A DNA stretch of 64,000 nt from a virus. Where the stretch lies: positions 32,001-96,000 of IMG/VR virus record IMGVR_UViG_3300023179_000033. The stretch is one strand, 5' to 3'. Below are positions 27,649 to 38,139 of this stretch, in pieces (position 1 is the stretch's first letter; the number at the start of each line of letters is the position of its first letter). The notes below the pieces were generated by a model. It saw only the letters and a list, made by a program, of their open reading frames with translations. It had not been told where the DNA came from and searched no databases. The position numbers were made by a program, and so were the translations under genes.

Positions 27649-28185
27649 TTATATTACAGGATAATCTATACCAAAAAATTTATTTGATAAAATACTTAAA
27701 TTATTAGTCCTAACTAATTGTATAACTTTAGATCTTCCAGCAAAAGGTAATATGGCAAAAACTCGTCTTAATTTCGTTGTAGAATAATAACGAAAATTTT
27801 TGTACGCTTGATTCTTAGCATAAACTTTTACGAGCATGTCTGACTCAAAATTAGTTATTGTATCTATATTATCAATGACTTGAAATTGACCCTTTGTAAT
27901 TTTATATTTTATCGTACTATTTGAATCCTCTTCTGAAGCCACTGTCAGAAGCAAAATAAGATACATGTCTTTATTATTAAAAGAAAAATTTGTCCAAGTA
28001 TCAAAAGATGGGGTAAAACTATTAAAAGATGATCCATATGAATCTGTTATTGATCCTCCAGATTTTATTTTATATTGAAAAGATTTTTCATTTGAATTAC
28101 TTGGATCTTTTCTCATTTCTACTTTAAATCCAGATTCATATAAATCTGGAAATGCATCAAAATCTTTAGCAAATGAATTACTCAT
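27649..28185 (-). CDS. small tail-tip protein, paralog 1
   Basis: SITDSY, YLILLLTV..ITKGQFQ; similar size and strand pattern to the two neighbours. Confidence 0.5.
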   Translation of the reverse strand: MSNSFAKDFDAFPDLYESGFKVEMRKDPSNSNEKSFQYKIKSGGSITDSYGSSFNSFTPSFDTWTNFSFNNKDMYLILLLTVASEEDSNSTIKYKITKGQFQVIDNIDTITNFESDMLVKVYAKNQAYKNFRYYSTTKLRRVFAILPFAGRSKVIQLVRTNNLSILSNKFFGIDYPVI

Positions 28186-28189
28186 AAGA

Positions 28190-30421
28190 TTATACTCCTG
28201 TTATATAGGTTGTATATGTAGTATTACCTGTTCCAGATAATGTAAGTTTTCCAATCATACCACTATAATCCAAGAAAGACTGATAATTAAAACGAATATT
28301 AAATAATGTTCCAGTATCATACATAAAAGAGCCAGAATATCCAGTTATTGCTTTATTATAATATAATCCTGTATATGCTACATCATTTATTCCTGTATCA
28401 AAAACTCCAGTAAATATATTAAATGAACCGCTAAATGATTTTTCGTAGATTGGAACATTTGGAATAAAACCAGTTACTAAAATATCTCCAGTAGTAAAAT
28501 TATAAATACCAGTTGCATATTTTAATGGTTGACCAAATTCAGTTACGCCTAGATTACCAGTTACATTTTGATAATTTCCGCTAGTTATAAATATTAATTG
28601 ATTAATTAATATCGTTCCATCTGAATCAATTTGATTTATATCGCCGCTTTGTAGACCTGTATATAAACCACTAATTATTTTTGAACCAGTAATATTTATT
28701 CCTGTAACATTAAAAATTCCATTACTAGAAAATAACTTTCCTGTAGACAAAATACCAGTTAATTGCGTAGCTGTTCCTTGATCTATTTGAATTTGCCCAG
28801 TAAATAATCCTGTCCATGAAAATGGATCTCCACTAATACTTGTTGAAGCGTAAGCTAGTCCACTTAAATATCCATTCCCAATTACTAGCGATTGACTTTG
28901 ATATTCTGTTGAGTCTATGTATCCAGTTAAATCACCAGTAAATACCCCTGTGACATTCCATCTGCCGCTTTGTCTAACTAAAGTTTCCGCACCAGTTATT
29001 ATACCACTTCCTGTTATTAATATAAAACTCGCATTACCATTATATTCTGAAAAATATGCTATCGTAGGATATCCAGTTGGCAATAATACATCACCAGTAA
29101 TTAATCTATAATTTAAATCTTCTCTTAGATATCCACTCATAAATCCAGTTATAGATTCAACAAGATAAAATGGATTATCAGGAGGATTAACGTTCATTGT
29201 AGCACCATCTCTATAGAATACAAATCCTGTACCAGTAAGATATCCTGTCCACCAAGAAGTATTAAAACCAGTTGCTTGAGATGCACCTTCGCCAGTAAAC
29301 CTTTGAGTATAGAAAAAATATCCTGTTGCAAATCCAGTTATAAATCCACTTGCTGTATATGTTAGATCTGGATAATTAAATATTCCTGTTGCTGTCACAT
29401 TTCTTACACCAGTAACTAATACTGTATCTGTATACAAATTATTTCTAAAGTTATAACCAGATATAAGAGCTAAACCTGTAAAATTGAAATCTCTACTACC
29501 CAAATCTGCTTCTGTAATTCTTCCTGTACCAAGAAGATTATAACCATATCCAGTTCCAGTTAAAAGACCAAGGGTATCTCCAGTTGCACCAGAAAAATAT
29601 TGAAATTTAATTTCAAGAGGTAAATTATTATATCCTGTTAATACTATCTCTCCAGAAGTTACCTGTTTAGAATAAGTAAGATTCATATAACCTTCATTTA
29701 AAACTTCTCTCTGTCCGCTAAGTAAAAGACCATCTGGATTAGTAAATAGAGTAACAATATCCTCAATGTTATATAATCCTGTTATATTAATAATTTGATT
29801 TATTTTACCAAAATTTGTAAATAAATTTAAAGTCAAATTATAACCACCAACATCATTGACTGTGTTTAGAACAATCTGACCACTTTTTAATCCACTAACA
29901 ATACTATTTATTCCATTAATACTAAATTGACCAGTTGGAGTTAAACTACCAGAAAATATTTTAAATGCAAGATTAGTTTGATTATTTAAAATAAAACCCG
30001 TATAAAGTTTTCCAGCTTTGAAATTCTCTGGTAATACAAAATTATAAATAGCAGGATTTGCACTATTTATTTTTAAATCTGTGTTTAAAATACAATTTGA
30101 AGCATTATAAAAGAAGTTATCAACTTTAAAATTATTTTTAATTCCATTAAAACAAAGAGGTATATTATTGATATAATAAGAATAATTAGCATTCTCTAAA
30201 TCGCCAGAAATTTTAAAATTTGTATTAGCTAAATAAGAATGCACGTATCTATTTTCAAAATCAAAAACTTTTCCGCTTTGAAATGTGAATTGAATTTTAT
30301 TTCCTTCTCCAGAAAAACCAAATGCACCAGAACCTGTTACATTATTAATAGATAAATTTAAGTCAAAACTTAAACCAGTTTGTTCAAAAATAGATCTATA
30401 ACTATAGCCAGAGATTAACAT
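28190..30421 (-). CDS. Thr/Ser-Gly-rich virion (tail) protein
   Basis: 743 aa, beta-rich, about 70 (S/T)G dipeptides; lies in the tail-tip cluster. Confidence 0.7.
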   Translation of the reverse strand: MLISGYSYRSIFEQTGLSFDLNLSINNVTGSGAFGFSGEGNKIQFTFQSGKVFDFENRYVHSYLANTNFKISGDLENANYSYYINNIPLCFNGIKNNFKVDNFFYNASNCILNTDLKINSANPAIYNFVLPENFKAGKLYTGFILNNQTNLAFKIFSGSLTPTGQFSINGINSIVSGLKSGQIVLNTVNDVGGYNLTLNLFTNFGKINQIINITGLYNIEDIVTLFTNPDGLLLSGQREVLNEGYMNLTYSKQVTSGEIVLTGYNNLPLEIKFQYFSGATGDTLGLLTGTGYGYNLLGTGRITEADLGSRDFNFTGLALISGYNFRNNLYTDTVLVTGVRNVTATGIFNYPDLTYTASGFITGFATGYFFYTQRFTGEGASQATGFNTSWWTGYLTGTGFVFYRDGATMNVNPPDNPFYLVESITGFMSGYLREDLNYRLITGDVLLPTGYPTIAYFSEYNGNASFILITGSGIITGAETLVRQSGRWNVTGVFTGDLTGYIDSTEYQSQSLVIGNGYLSGLAYASTSISGDPFSWTGLFTGQIQIDQGTATQLTGILSTGKLFSSNGIFNVTGINITGSKIISGLYTGLQSGDINQIDSDGTILINQLIFITSGNYQNVTGNLGVTEFGQPLKYATGIYNFTTGDILVTGFIPNVPIYEKSFSGSFNIFTGVFDTGINDVAYTGLYYNKAITGYSGSFMYDTGTLFNIRFNYQSFLDYSGMIGKLTLSGTGNTTYTTYITGV

Positions 30422-30422
30422 A

Positions 30423-32948
30423 TTATGTTGGTCGGTAAGTATTTAATTTTATTGTTGGTTGTATTTTTTGGGCAATCGCTTCTCTTTTTGGTAATACTTT
30501 TGGTCTATTCGCAAAACTTATTTGAGAGGTCGCTCCGTTTTCATTTAAATTTATACTAAATGAAGTTAATCCTTTATCAGGGCTAATATAATCTACAAGA
30601 TCTCCAAAATTTAATCCAATAATTGAAAGAGATAAATTTTTTCTTGGCGAAGTAACAGAATTTACAATTTTTTTACTAAGATCTGCGTGATATTGGGCAG
30701 GAGTAACAGTTTTGAAATTTTTTGTGGCGCCATCTGGCACAAACATATTTATTATAGTAGATCCATCCACAGGATCAAGATCATTTGTTATATCAGATTC
30801 TGCAACATGTAATGATAATGTATTATCATCAATGTCATTTATATTTCCAAAAACTAATTTTTGTCCCGGTACAGTAAATTTTACAGAGCTAGAGACTGTT
30901 TCATAACCATAATATGGCGTTTCCGCAGGTGCAATAAGATTAATAGATCTTTCTCCATTGTAAATTAACGATACAGTTCTAGCGGTTGGACTGTTTAATC
31001 CAACAAATGGAGTATTCTGATCTGGACATTTTCCACAAACTTGCTGTAATAAATCTGCTTCACAAACAGTAATACATTCACTACTTTTTTCACTATTTTC
31101 TTGTCCCTTTACTACTTCTTTTGTATTTTTCATTGTAGTTGTAGTAACTTGCATAATCTTGTTAAGAACACCTTTGGGAGGTAGAAATACAAATACAACT
31201 TTTCTTTGACCATCTTGTACATTTGAATCTTTTAGATTATTTATTAAAGTTATAACCTTATTTGCTTGTTCGGCTAACTTAGTATCTCCAACGCATTCTG
31301 CGGTATTTTTTGCTCCATCAAGTCTTACGTAACCAAGTCCATCTAAGTCTTGAATTGCTTCTTTATATTTTAAAAAAGGATCATCTTTGTTATCATCTAA
31401 CATTGCTTTATCATATTCATCTTGCGTTGTTCCATACGCTGTACTTCTTGAAAATAAATAAAATGTAGGAATATTCCATTCTATCCCGCTATTTTCTGGT
31501 ATAGGTCCTTCTATAACTTTGGCAAATGGAAGATCATATTTATTCTTATTTGTATAAATTTCTGAAGTTGGATTAATAGTAGTTTTTCTTTCTGCAAATA
31601 AACTTGTACTACAAGAACGACTATCTATGGAAGGCGCATTAGCACCTTCATAATATTTTCCAATCATATCTGCGATAGCCGCTTCCCAGTCTTGATAAAG
31701 TTTTAATTTATCTGGATCATATAATGCTACAAAAACTTGCGCTCCATTATACTTAGCAATAAAATCTGTAATCGCTGGATTATTATAACCATAATCATAT
31801 ATTTTTGTCCAAAAATTATCATTTACTTGGCCTTTTTCAATCGTTTCAAAAGAACTAAGCGCAGTATAACCAAGTGGCTCATAATCATTATTCATGATAG
31901 CGTAAACATTTCTTGCAGCAGGACTATATTTTCCAAGAATTGCTCTTGTAACATCATAGTTTGAAACTTTAAGTTTCTCAGGTTTAATACAATTAAACGT
32001 TCTTGTGTTCGTGACCGAAGAACTTGAGCTTTTTGTGCGAAATGGTTTTAAATAACGAGAAATATGTTTTTGCGTTGATGTACCTTCTAAAGATTCACTT
32101 TCATTAAAAGATTCTATAGCTAAAGTATTTTCATTTGTGGCATTTACATTTAAAGAGCTATTTGTATCTATTATTGATTTAATTTGACTAATAAAATCAA
32201 CTTCTATTTTTAAATCAATTCCTTTAATGGAATTTGTTCTAAAATCCCAGTAGAAAGTATATCCAAAATCTGCGCACCAATTAGATAAAACCTCTCTTAA
32301 GGTACCTACGTATGATTGAAAATAATTAGGATTAACGTCTACAAAATTAGATATATTTATACCAGATTTAGATATTGCATCTAATAATTGAGTAAAATTA
32401 TACGCTACATCTGGTATATCGCATTGGCCTTGCACAAATTGTTCTTGTCCCAAAATTATACTTCCACCCTTTTTTAAATCTACATCAATAATTAATCCGC
32501 TTGAAATTGATCTAGTTGTTGAACCAGTTACATCTATAATTTGAGATCCATCACAAGACAAACATTTTGCGGGAACAGAAAATTGTACAGTTCCTGCTTC
32601 TGGCGCGCCACCATGCCTATTAATTAATCCAACAAAAATTTTATCTAATATAAATGAACCATCTAAGAAATTTAAAGTAGCTACTTTTTGACCTACGCTT
32701 TTACTGATTTCATATCCATATAGATACATCTTAGATAAAGTTAAATTTCCAACTTTAATCTCATATGAATTTAAAAGAGAATTAGGAAAAGAAGTAAAAT
32801 CTGAACTATCTTTTTTTACTATATTTAGAGTTAATTTTGTTGGGCTTTCAGAGAAACCTAACTGTAAATTTGAACCATAAATATATGAATCAAAAATTTC
32901 TCCAGAATTTCCATTAACTACAATCTCTTCAATTTTTCTATAAGCCAT
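30423..32948 (-). CDS. putative baseplate hub / central tail-tip protein
   Basis: 841 aa downstream of the tape measure; GTLREVLSNWCADFGYTFYWD hub-like segment; SD AAGGAG upstream. Confidence 0.55.
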   Translation of the reverse strand: MAYRKIEEIVVNGNSGEIFDSYIYGSNLQLGFSESPTKLTLNIVKKDSSDFTSFPNSLLNSYEIKVGNLTLSKMYLYGYEISKSVGQKVATLNFLDGSFILDKIFVGLINRHGGAPEAGTVQFSVPAKCLSCDGSQIIDVTGSTTRSISSGLIIDVDLKKGGSIILGQEQFVQGQCDIPDVAYNFTQLLDAISKSGINISNFVDVNPNYFQSYVGTLREVLSNWCADFGYTFYWDFRTNSIKGIDLKIEVDFISQIKSIIDTNSSLNVNATNENTLAIESFNESESLEGTSTQKHISRYLKPFRTKSSSSSVTNTRTFNCIKPEKLKVSNYDVTRAILGKYSPAARNVYAIMNNDYEPLGYTALSSFETIEKGQVNDNFWTKIYDYGYNNPAITDFIAKYNGAQVFVALYDPDKLKLYQDWEAAIADMIGKYYEGANAPSIDSRSCSTSLFAERKTTINPTSEIYTNKNKYDLPFAKVIEGPIPENSGIEWNIPTFYLFSRSTAYGTTQDEYDKAMLDDNKDDPFLKYKEAIQDLDGLGYVRLDGAKNTAECVGDTKLAEQANKVITLINNLKDSNVQDGQRKVVFVFLPPKGVLNKIMQVTTTTMKNTKEVVKGQENSEKSSECITVCEADLLQQVCGKCPDQNTPFVGLNSPTARTVSLIYNGERSINLIAPAETPYYGYETVSSSVKFTVPGQKLVFGNINDIDDNTLSLHVAESDITNDLDPVDGSTIINMFVPDGATKNFKTVTPAQYHADLSKKIVNSVTSPRKNLSLSIIGLNFGDLVDYISPDKGLTSFSINLNENGATSQISFANRPKVLPKREAIAQKIQPTIKLNTYRPT

Positions 32949-32977
32949 AAAAGCCTAACTCCTTATACCTATTAAAA

Positions 32978-32983
32978 TTACAC
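32978..32983 (-). promoter_or_regulatory. GTGTAA putative late-promoter motif
   Basis: Intergenic, 29 nt before the ATG at 32948, with an SD in between. Confidence 0.6.
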
Positions 32984-32993
32984 ATATTTTATA

Positions 32994-34742
32994 TTATAAC
33001 AAATTAAATGAAGTCTCTTCATTATTATAATAATTATATGTTTTTTGGGCTGGATAGAACAAAGAATTTAATAAACTCTGACAGCTAACTTTAATATAAT
33101 CCTGACTATTAATCTGAAGTATGCCATTAAAATATACTTGCTCTTCTGTTAAAGGTATTAAATTACCAGTTAATTGACTAAAATCTCCTGTATATATTCT
33201 ATATATATTATTTGTTCTTGCTGTAGCTAAAACTTTACCTGTGGCAAGTAAATTGCCAGAAAATCTTATATTTGATCCATTAATTGAATAATTTAGACCA
33301 GATATTAATTTTTGACCATTTAAATACATCGAATTATTTATGCTATTATTTAATGTATAATTTACTCCTGTGCCAGTATATTGAATTATTTGAGGGGTTC
33401 TAGTTATATCAAAATAAACAATATTATCATTAAATTCATCAAAGAATAAATCACTATCTACATATCTATTTCCAGAAAGACTATAATTTCCACTAACTAC
33501 ATTTCCACCTACATTTACTCCAGATATTTGTAATACTCCATTACTAAATAAATTAATGCTTTGCCCAGTTGACTGTAAACCTAATACAAATTGTTGAAGT
33601 ACATCATCGTATTGATTTACTTCTCTATAGTTATTTAAAAATCCTGTATAAGTATTAATTTCAACAAAATCATTTGAATCAATTTTATATAAAAGCTTTA
33701 ATCTATTATTACTAAAATTTTGTAATCTAGAAAAATCATAATTAATTGTTTCTGGAATAGAGATCTGTATCCTTTTTGCGCCAGTAACAGAGCCAGTTAT
33801 AAATTTAATTACTTTTTCATAAATTAATCCTGTAACGCCAGACAAACCACAAATTTGTATAGACCCTCCAGCTTTTGTTGGTATACTTCCCAAAACATAA
33901 CTTTGATAACCCGTGATTCCTGTTCCAACTACCGCATTATCATAAAGAACACCAGATGAAATTTTATTATAACCACTAATAATAGTTTGAGTTGATGCAG
34001 GCGTTATATTATTGCAGAATATTCCACCGGCTAGATTATTTCTTTGAGAATATCCAATATAACCGCTAAGATAAATAAAATCATCCATGTAACCTTTAAA
34101 TCCAGTATAATTGACATTATCATTGTATGTATTACCTAAAAAGTAAATATTTGAATTAGAATAAGTTGGCAATTGAAATATCTCAAAAGTATTTTCAGAA
34201 TTTGCAAAATCATGTACAGAGAATTCAAAACTATTTAGAATTTTAGAAAGAGATATACATGTATTATTTTTACCTTCATAACTTGAAGTATATGTATTTT
34301 TACCAGATATATCGTTATATTCAATAAAAAATTTATTAGCACCATTAAAACCAAAACAGAAACCAGATGAATCACTAATGTTTGTTTGGTTTGATATTAA
34401 TATTGTAGATTTTGTACGATCAATTTCGCAACCAGTATTCTTGTAAGTTAAAAACATTGTCCATTCTGGTTCATTAAGATAATCGCTTACTCTAAGAATT
34501 GAGTCACCAGAAAAGAATCCAGATCCAGCATAATCGTTAAATCCTCCAGAATTTAAACCTACAATAAAACCCGGATTATACTGACTATAAACACAACCAC
34601 CGCTATATTGTATTCCTGAGTTATATAACTCATTGATAACTACAGCATCACCAGAAATTTTACTAAAATCATAATATATTTTCCAATTACCAGTATTAAT
34701 TGAATTAAGTGTTAATATTCTTTTAAAATCTGATATATTCAT
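32994..34742 (-). CDS. virion protein with an N-terminal LamG/ConA-like domain, (S/T)G-rich
   Basis: IYYDF, WTMFL, FLGN..FKGYMDDF; C-terminal LFSNG/MYLNG/VYFNG repeats. Confidence 0.65.
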   Translation of the reverse strand: MNISDFKRILTLNSINTGNWKIYYDFSKISGDAVVINELYNSGIQYSGGCVYSQYNPGFIVGLNSGGFNDYAGSGFFSGDSILRVSDYLNEPEWTMFLTYKNTGCEIDRTKSTILISNQTNISDSSGFCFGFNGANKFFIEYNDISGKNTYTSSYEGKNNTCISLSKILNSFEFSVHDFANSENTFEIFQLPTYSNSNIYFLGNTYNDNVNYTGFKGYMDDFIYLSGYIGYSQRNNLAGGIFCNNITPASTQTIISGYNKISSGVLYDNAVVGTGITGYQSYVLGSIPTKAGGSIQICGLSGVTGLIYEKVIKFITGSVTGAKRIQISIPETINYDFSRLQNFSNNRLKLLYKIDSNDFVEINTYTGFLNNYREVNQYDDVLQQFVLGLQSTGQSINLFSNGVLQISGVNVGGNVVSGNYSLSGNRYVDSDLFFDEFNDNIVYFDITRTPQIIQYTGTGVNYTLNNSINNSMYLNGQKLISGLNYSINGSNIRFSGNLLATGKVLATARTNNIYRIYTGDFSQLTGNLIPLTEEQVYFNGILQINSQDYIKVSCQSLLNSLFYPAQKTYNYYNNEETSFNLL

Positions 34743-34743
34743 A

Positions 34744-36438
34744 TTAATCTAAAATTATAATTTTTGCTGGCATAAAGACAGGATCTGTGTCTTCTGCAGA
34801 ATTTCGTTTTGAATATTGAACAGAAGAAGATACATTTCTTGTAGCATATCCATTTGATTGATCAAAATTTGTTGATTCATTCTGTATATAATAAGTTGAA
34901 TTTGGTGCGTAAATATTTTTTAATCCAGTTAGTATGCTATATTGATCAATTTTTGCTTGATCTGTATCCGCACTTGCTATAAATTCAGTTGAAGCGTTCA
35001 TATTAAATTTAGCTAGTTTTTTAGCTTCGCCTAACTCATATATAATATAAAACCCATTTATATTATAAGTTGGTCTTGGACGAAATAAATCAATTTTTGG
35101 TTCAAAAGTTAAATTAAATGTACTAGATCTTATAATTGAACTAACATTTGGAGGTAAATCTTTATCATCAAAAGTTGCAGAAAGAGTAATCTCTCCTTTC
35201 TCTGGATTTTTTACAACATTCAAGCTTCTATATTTTGGATTTAAAGAAATATTTGAACCAATATTCATTGTTCCTTTTAATTTAGTATATATAGAATTTG
35301 CTTGAAGATATAAATAATCTTCAACTGATCCGTAATCAGCCATAATATTTTGAACAAATTCTAGTACTTTTTCATATTTTCTTTTTAAATTGCCTCTAGT
35401 AATTATTGGCCCAGATATATTTATAGAAGTTAAGGAAGTGATTTCATCTTTATTTATATCTACATTATAATCAAAATATACATCTCCATAATCACTTGTT
35501 ATAATATTATTATCAAATGATGCATTAAAATTAATAGAATTTGCCGCTTGATTTTCATTAAAAGATAAAGATAAAGGTATAGGATTAATCTGGGCACCAA
35601 ATGCTGCTTGACATATTCCAGAAAAATTTAAACCGCTAGCATAATATCTAACTCCAGTAAATGCTGCTCGTTTTGCACCTTGTACGCTTCCTTGGATTGA
35701 TACTGTATCAAAATCTGTGTTTATACTTCTTGATATAGTGTTTGTGTATCTTGTAAAATAAACAGGATTTACATATGAGTCATTTGATATATCTACAATA
35801 TAATTTTCTTGAATATTATAAGTGCCATTTAAACGATTTATATTTTCTACGTAAGATCTTAATAAAGGAGTATAATTTGAATTATTTATATTTATTGGTA
35901 ATATATTTGGATCGTATCCTGTGAGACTATATACATAGTTTCTTGCATTTTCTATTGCAGAATTTGTAGAAGTATTGATTCCTCTGGCAGAAACATTATG
36001 ACTAATTGCAACTGATTGATCTTCATTCTCAGTAAAAGTATATTCATTAACTGGATCTAATACGCCGTAAACTCCAGAAAATAAATCTCTTTCATAACAA
36101 TCTAACTCTATTGTATATCCCAACATTTTGACATATCTAGATTGTTCAAAATTAATATTCCTAATAATACAAGCGTCTGCTTCAAATAAAGTCTTACTAT
36201 CTTCAATAATAGATAATTTTTTAAAATCTCTTGAGAATCCAGAGATTAAATTGTTTTGTCCACTAATCAAAGATGCAAAATTATCTGGACATCCTCCTGC
36301 TCCAGTTAATTGACCCTCTAAAGTTATTTTAGTTATTTGTCCCCAACGATCTCCATAATTTATAATTTCTTGATTTTTAGACACCAAAGGTATTGGGTCT
36401 TTAAAAGTGAAATTATCATATGTTATTTGTATACTCAT
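34744..36438 (-). CDS. tail-tip (distal tail-like) protein
   Basis: Second gene after the tape measure; ITLEG, I.NINF and SHNVSARG strand repeats shared with 36435..38126. Confidence 0.55.
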   Translation of the reverse strand: MSIQITYDNFTFKDPIPLVSKNQEIINYGDRWGQITKITLEGQLTGAGGCPDNFASLISGQNNLISGFSRDFKKLSIIEDSKTLFEADACIIRNINFEQSRYVKMLGYTIELDCYERDLFSGVYGVLDPVNEYTFTENEDQSVAISHNVSARGINTSTNSAIENARNYVYSLTGYDPNILPININNSNYTPLLRSYVENINRLNGTYNIQENYIVDISNDSYVNPVYFTRYTNTISRSINTDFDTVSIQGSVQGAKRAAFTGVRYYASGLNFSGICQAAFGAQINPIPLSLSFNENQAANSINFNASFDNNIITSDYGDVYFDYNVDINKDEITSLTSINISGPIITRGNLKRKYEKVLEFVQNIMADYGSVEDYLYLQANSIYTKLKGTMNIGSNISLNPKYRSLNVVKNPEKGEITLSATFDDKDLPPNVSSIIRSSTFNLTFEPKIDLFRPRPTYNINGFYIIYELGEAKKLAKFNMNASTEFIASADTDQAKIDQYSILTGLKNIYAPNSTYYIQNESTNFDQSNGYATRNVSSSVQYSKRNSAEDTDPVFMPAKIIILD

Positions 36439-38126
36439 ACAGTTTTTACATCTTGATTAAATTTTTCAATGAAAGATGTATAATCAATTCCGACATTAAA
36501 ACTTAAATTTAAATCAGAATTAAAATTATAATCACATTTTGTTATATACGCTTCTTGAACTGGTAAATTAGGAAAGTCCACGGCAAGTTCATTAACAGCT
36601 TTAGCTTTGAGAGCATCAAGAATATCATTGGTAAGTGGATTTGTCGTAAAGATGTTTCCGTTTGGTCTTGCAACAACACATTCTAAATTAAGATCTCTTT
36701 TACCAAGTTCTGTTTGTCCACCAGCAAAACTAAAAACAGTTTTATTAGGTATAATATATTCATTATATTTATGAATTGGAGATGTATCACTTTTTCTTAT
36801 AGACATTTTTTTAATGCCTGTGATATTTGTATTATAGATAAAATCATCATTAAATTTTATAGAATAATTTATTGTTTGTCCATTATTTGGGAAAGACATA
36901 GTTTTTTCTATTAAATAAAGAGGATTATTGCTTCCAACTTCACCATAAAATGTATATATTTTTCCACTTGCACTATTAAATATTCCAGTTAAATCACTAA
37001 ATTTACTATAATTAGTTGCAAAATTTTTATCTTTATTTCCATAATATCTTATAGATCCATTTTCTTGCACATCTACTATATTAAGATTACTTTTATTTAA
37101 AGTAAGCGTTGCTTCTCTTGTATAACCACTTATAGTAAATATAGGGTTATTTGTATATCTGACAGAGTATTCAGCAGTACCATTAAAAGTATTAAAATTT
37201 CTTGATGTTTCTATACCTGTTGAGAAAAGCGGGTAATAACTTCCAAGATTTGATATAACACCATATGTATTTATTAATCCAGTACATCTTGAATAACTTT
37301 TTGCTAATTCTGTTTCAACCGCACCAGAAGCAATAAAAAATCTTGGTTCTTTCAAGCCTTTGATACTACCTTCTTCAGTTACTTCTATATTTCCATCATT
37401 GCCAAGATTTAAACTCTGCGTTAATGTTAGTGTATAATCACCAGAATAATTATTAAAAAGATTAAAATTCTTTGTGAATGAACAATCATTAGTTATTAAA
37501 TTATAATTTTCTGTGAAATATTTTTTACCAGTCTTATTATAAAATCCAGAATATTTTGAATCAATAAAACCTAAATTTGGTAATGCGGCAAATATACCTG
37601 AAGCGAGATTTTTAGCTAATTGTATAGGAGATGCATATCCACTTGTTTTTCTATATCTTATATTTAGATTGTGAGAATAATTGTAACTATCATCATCATT
37701 TATATTAAAAGCAAAATTTTCGTCAAAAGCTTCGAGTAAACTTGTTGTTCCACTAAGTGAACCACTAATACCCGTATATAAATTTCCTGTTAAATTGTAA
37801 AGATCATTACTGCCACTAGTTAAAACGTTAAAACTAATTGTGTAGCTATCAAGTCTTACAGGATTATTTTGATCAAATGATATAGATGTAATTCTTGCTG
37901 GACCAAGATTAAGACCATTTACAATAATATCTTCTCTTTCATTAAGAGATCTAACTAAACCACTCTCTAAAGCTATATTACCAGAAACACCTTGAGCATT
38001 AGTTTGTTGTAGAAAAAAACCTTCTACAGTATAATTTTTTATGCTATTTAAACGAAATGCATCGCTTAAAAATACATTTTGATGATTATAGGTAAGTAAT
38101 CTTGCGCCAGTTATTATATAACTCAT
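36435..38126 (-). CDS. tail-tip (distal tail-like) protein
   Basis: Directly after the tape measure; YTVEG, ITSISF, SHNLNIR, VTEEGSIKG; apparent paralog of 34744..36438. Confidence 0.55.
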   Translation of the reverse strand: MSYIITGARLLTYNHQNVFLSDAFRLNSIKNYTVEGFFLQQTNAQGVSGNIALESGLVRSLNEREDIIVNGLNLGPARITSISFDQNNPVRLDSYTISFNVLTSGSNDLYNLTGNLYTGISGSLSGTTSLLEAFDENFAFNINDDDSYNYSHNLNIRYRKTSGYASPIQLAKNLASGIFAALPNLGFIDSKYSGFYNKTGKKYFTENYNLITNDCSFTKNFNLFNNYSGDYTLTLTQSLNLGNDGNIEVTEEGSIKGLKEPRFFIASGAVETELAKSYSRCTGLINTYGVISNLGSYYPLFSTGIETSRNFNTFNGTAEYSVRYTNNPIFTISGYTREATLTLNKSNLNIVDVQENGSIRYYGNKDKNFATNYSKFSDLTGIFNSASGKIYTFYGEVGSNNPLYLIEKTMSFPNNGQTINYSIKFNDDFIYNTNITGIKKMSIRKSDTSPIHKYNEYIIPNKTVFSFAGGQTELGKRDLNLECVVARPNGNIFTTNPLTNDILDALKAKAVNELAVDFPNLPVQEAYITKCDYNFNSDLNLSFNVGIDYTSFIEKFNQDVKTV

Positions 38127-38139
38127 TTTTCATCATCCT

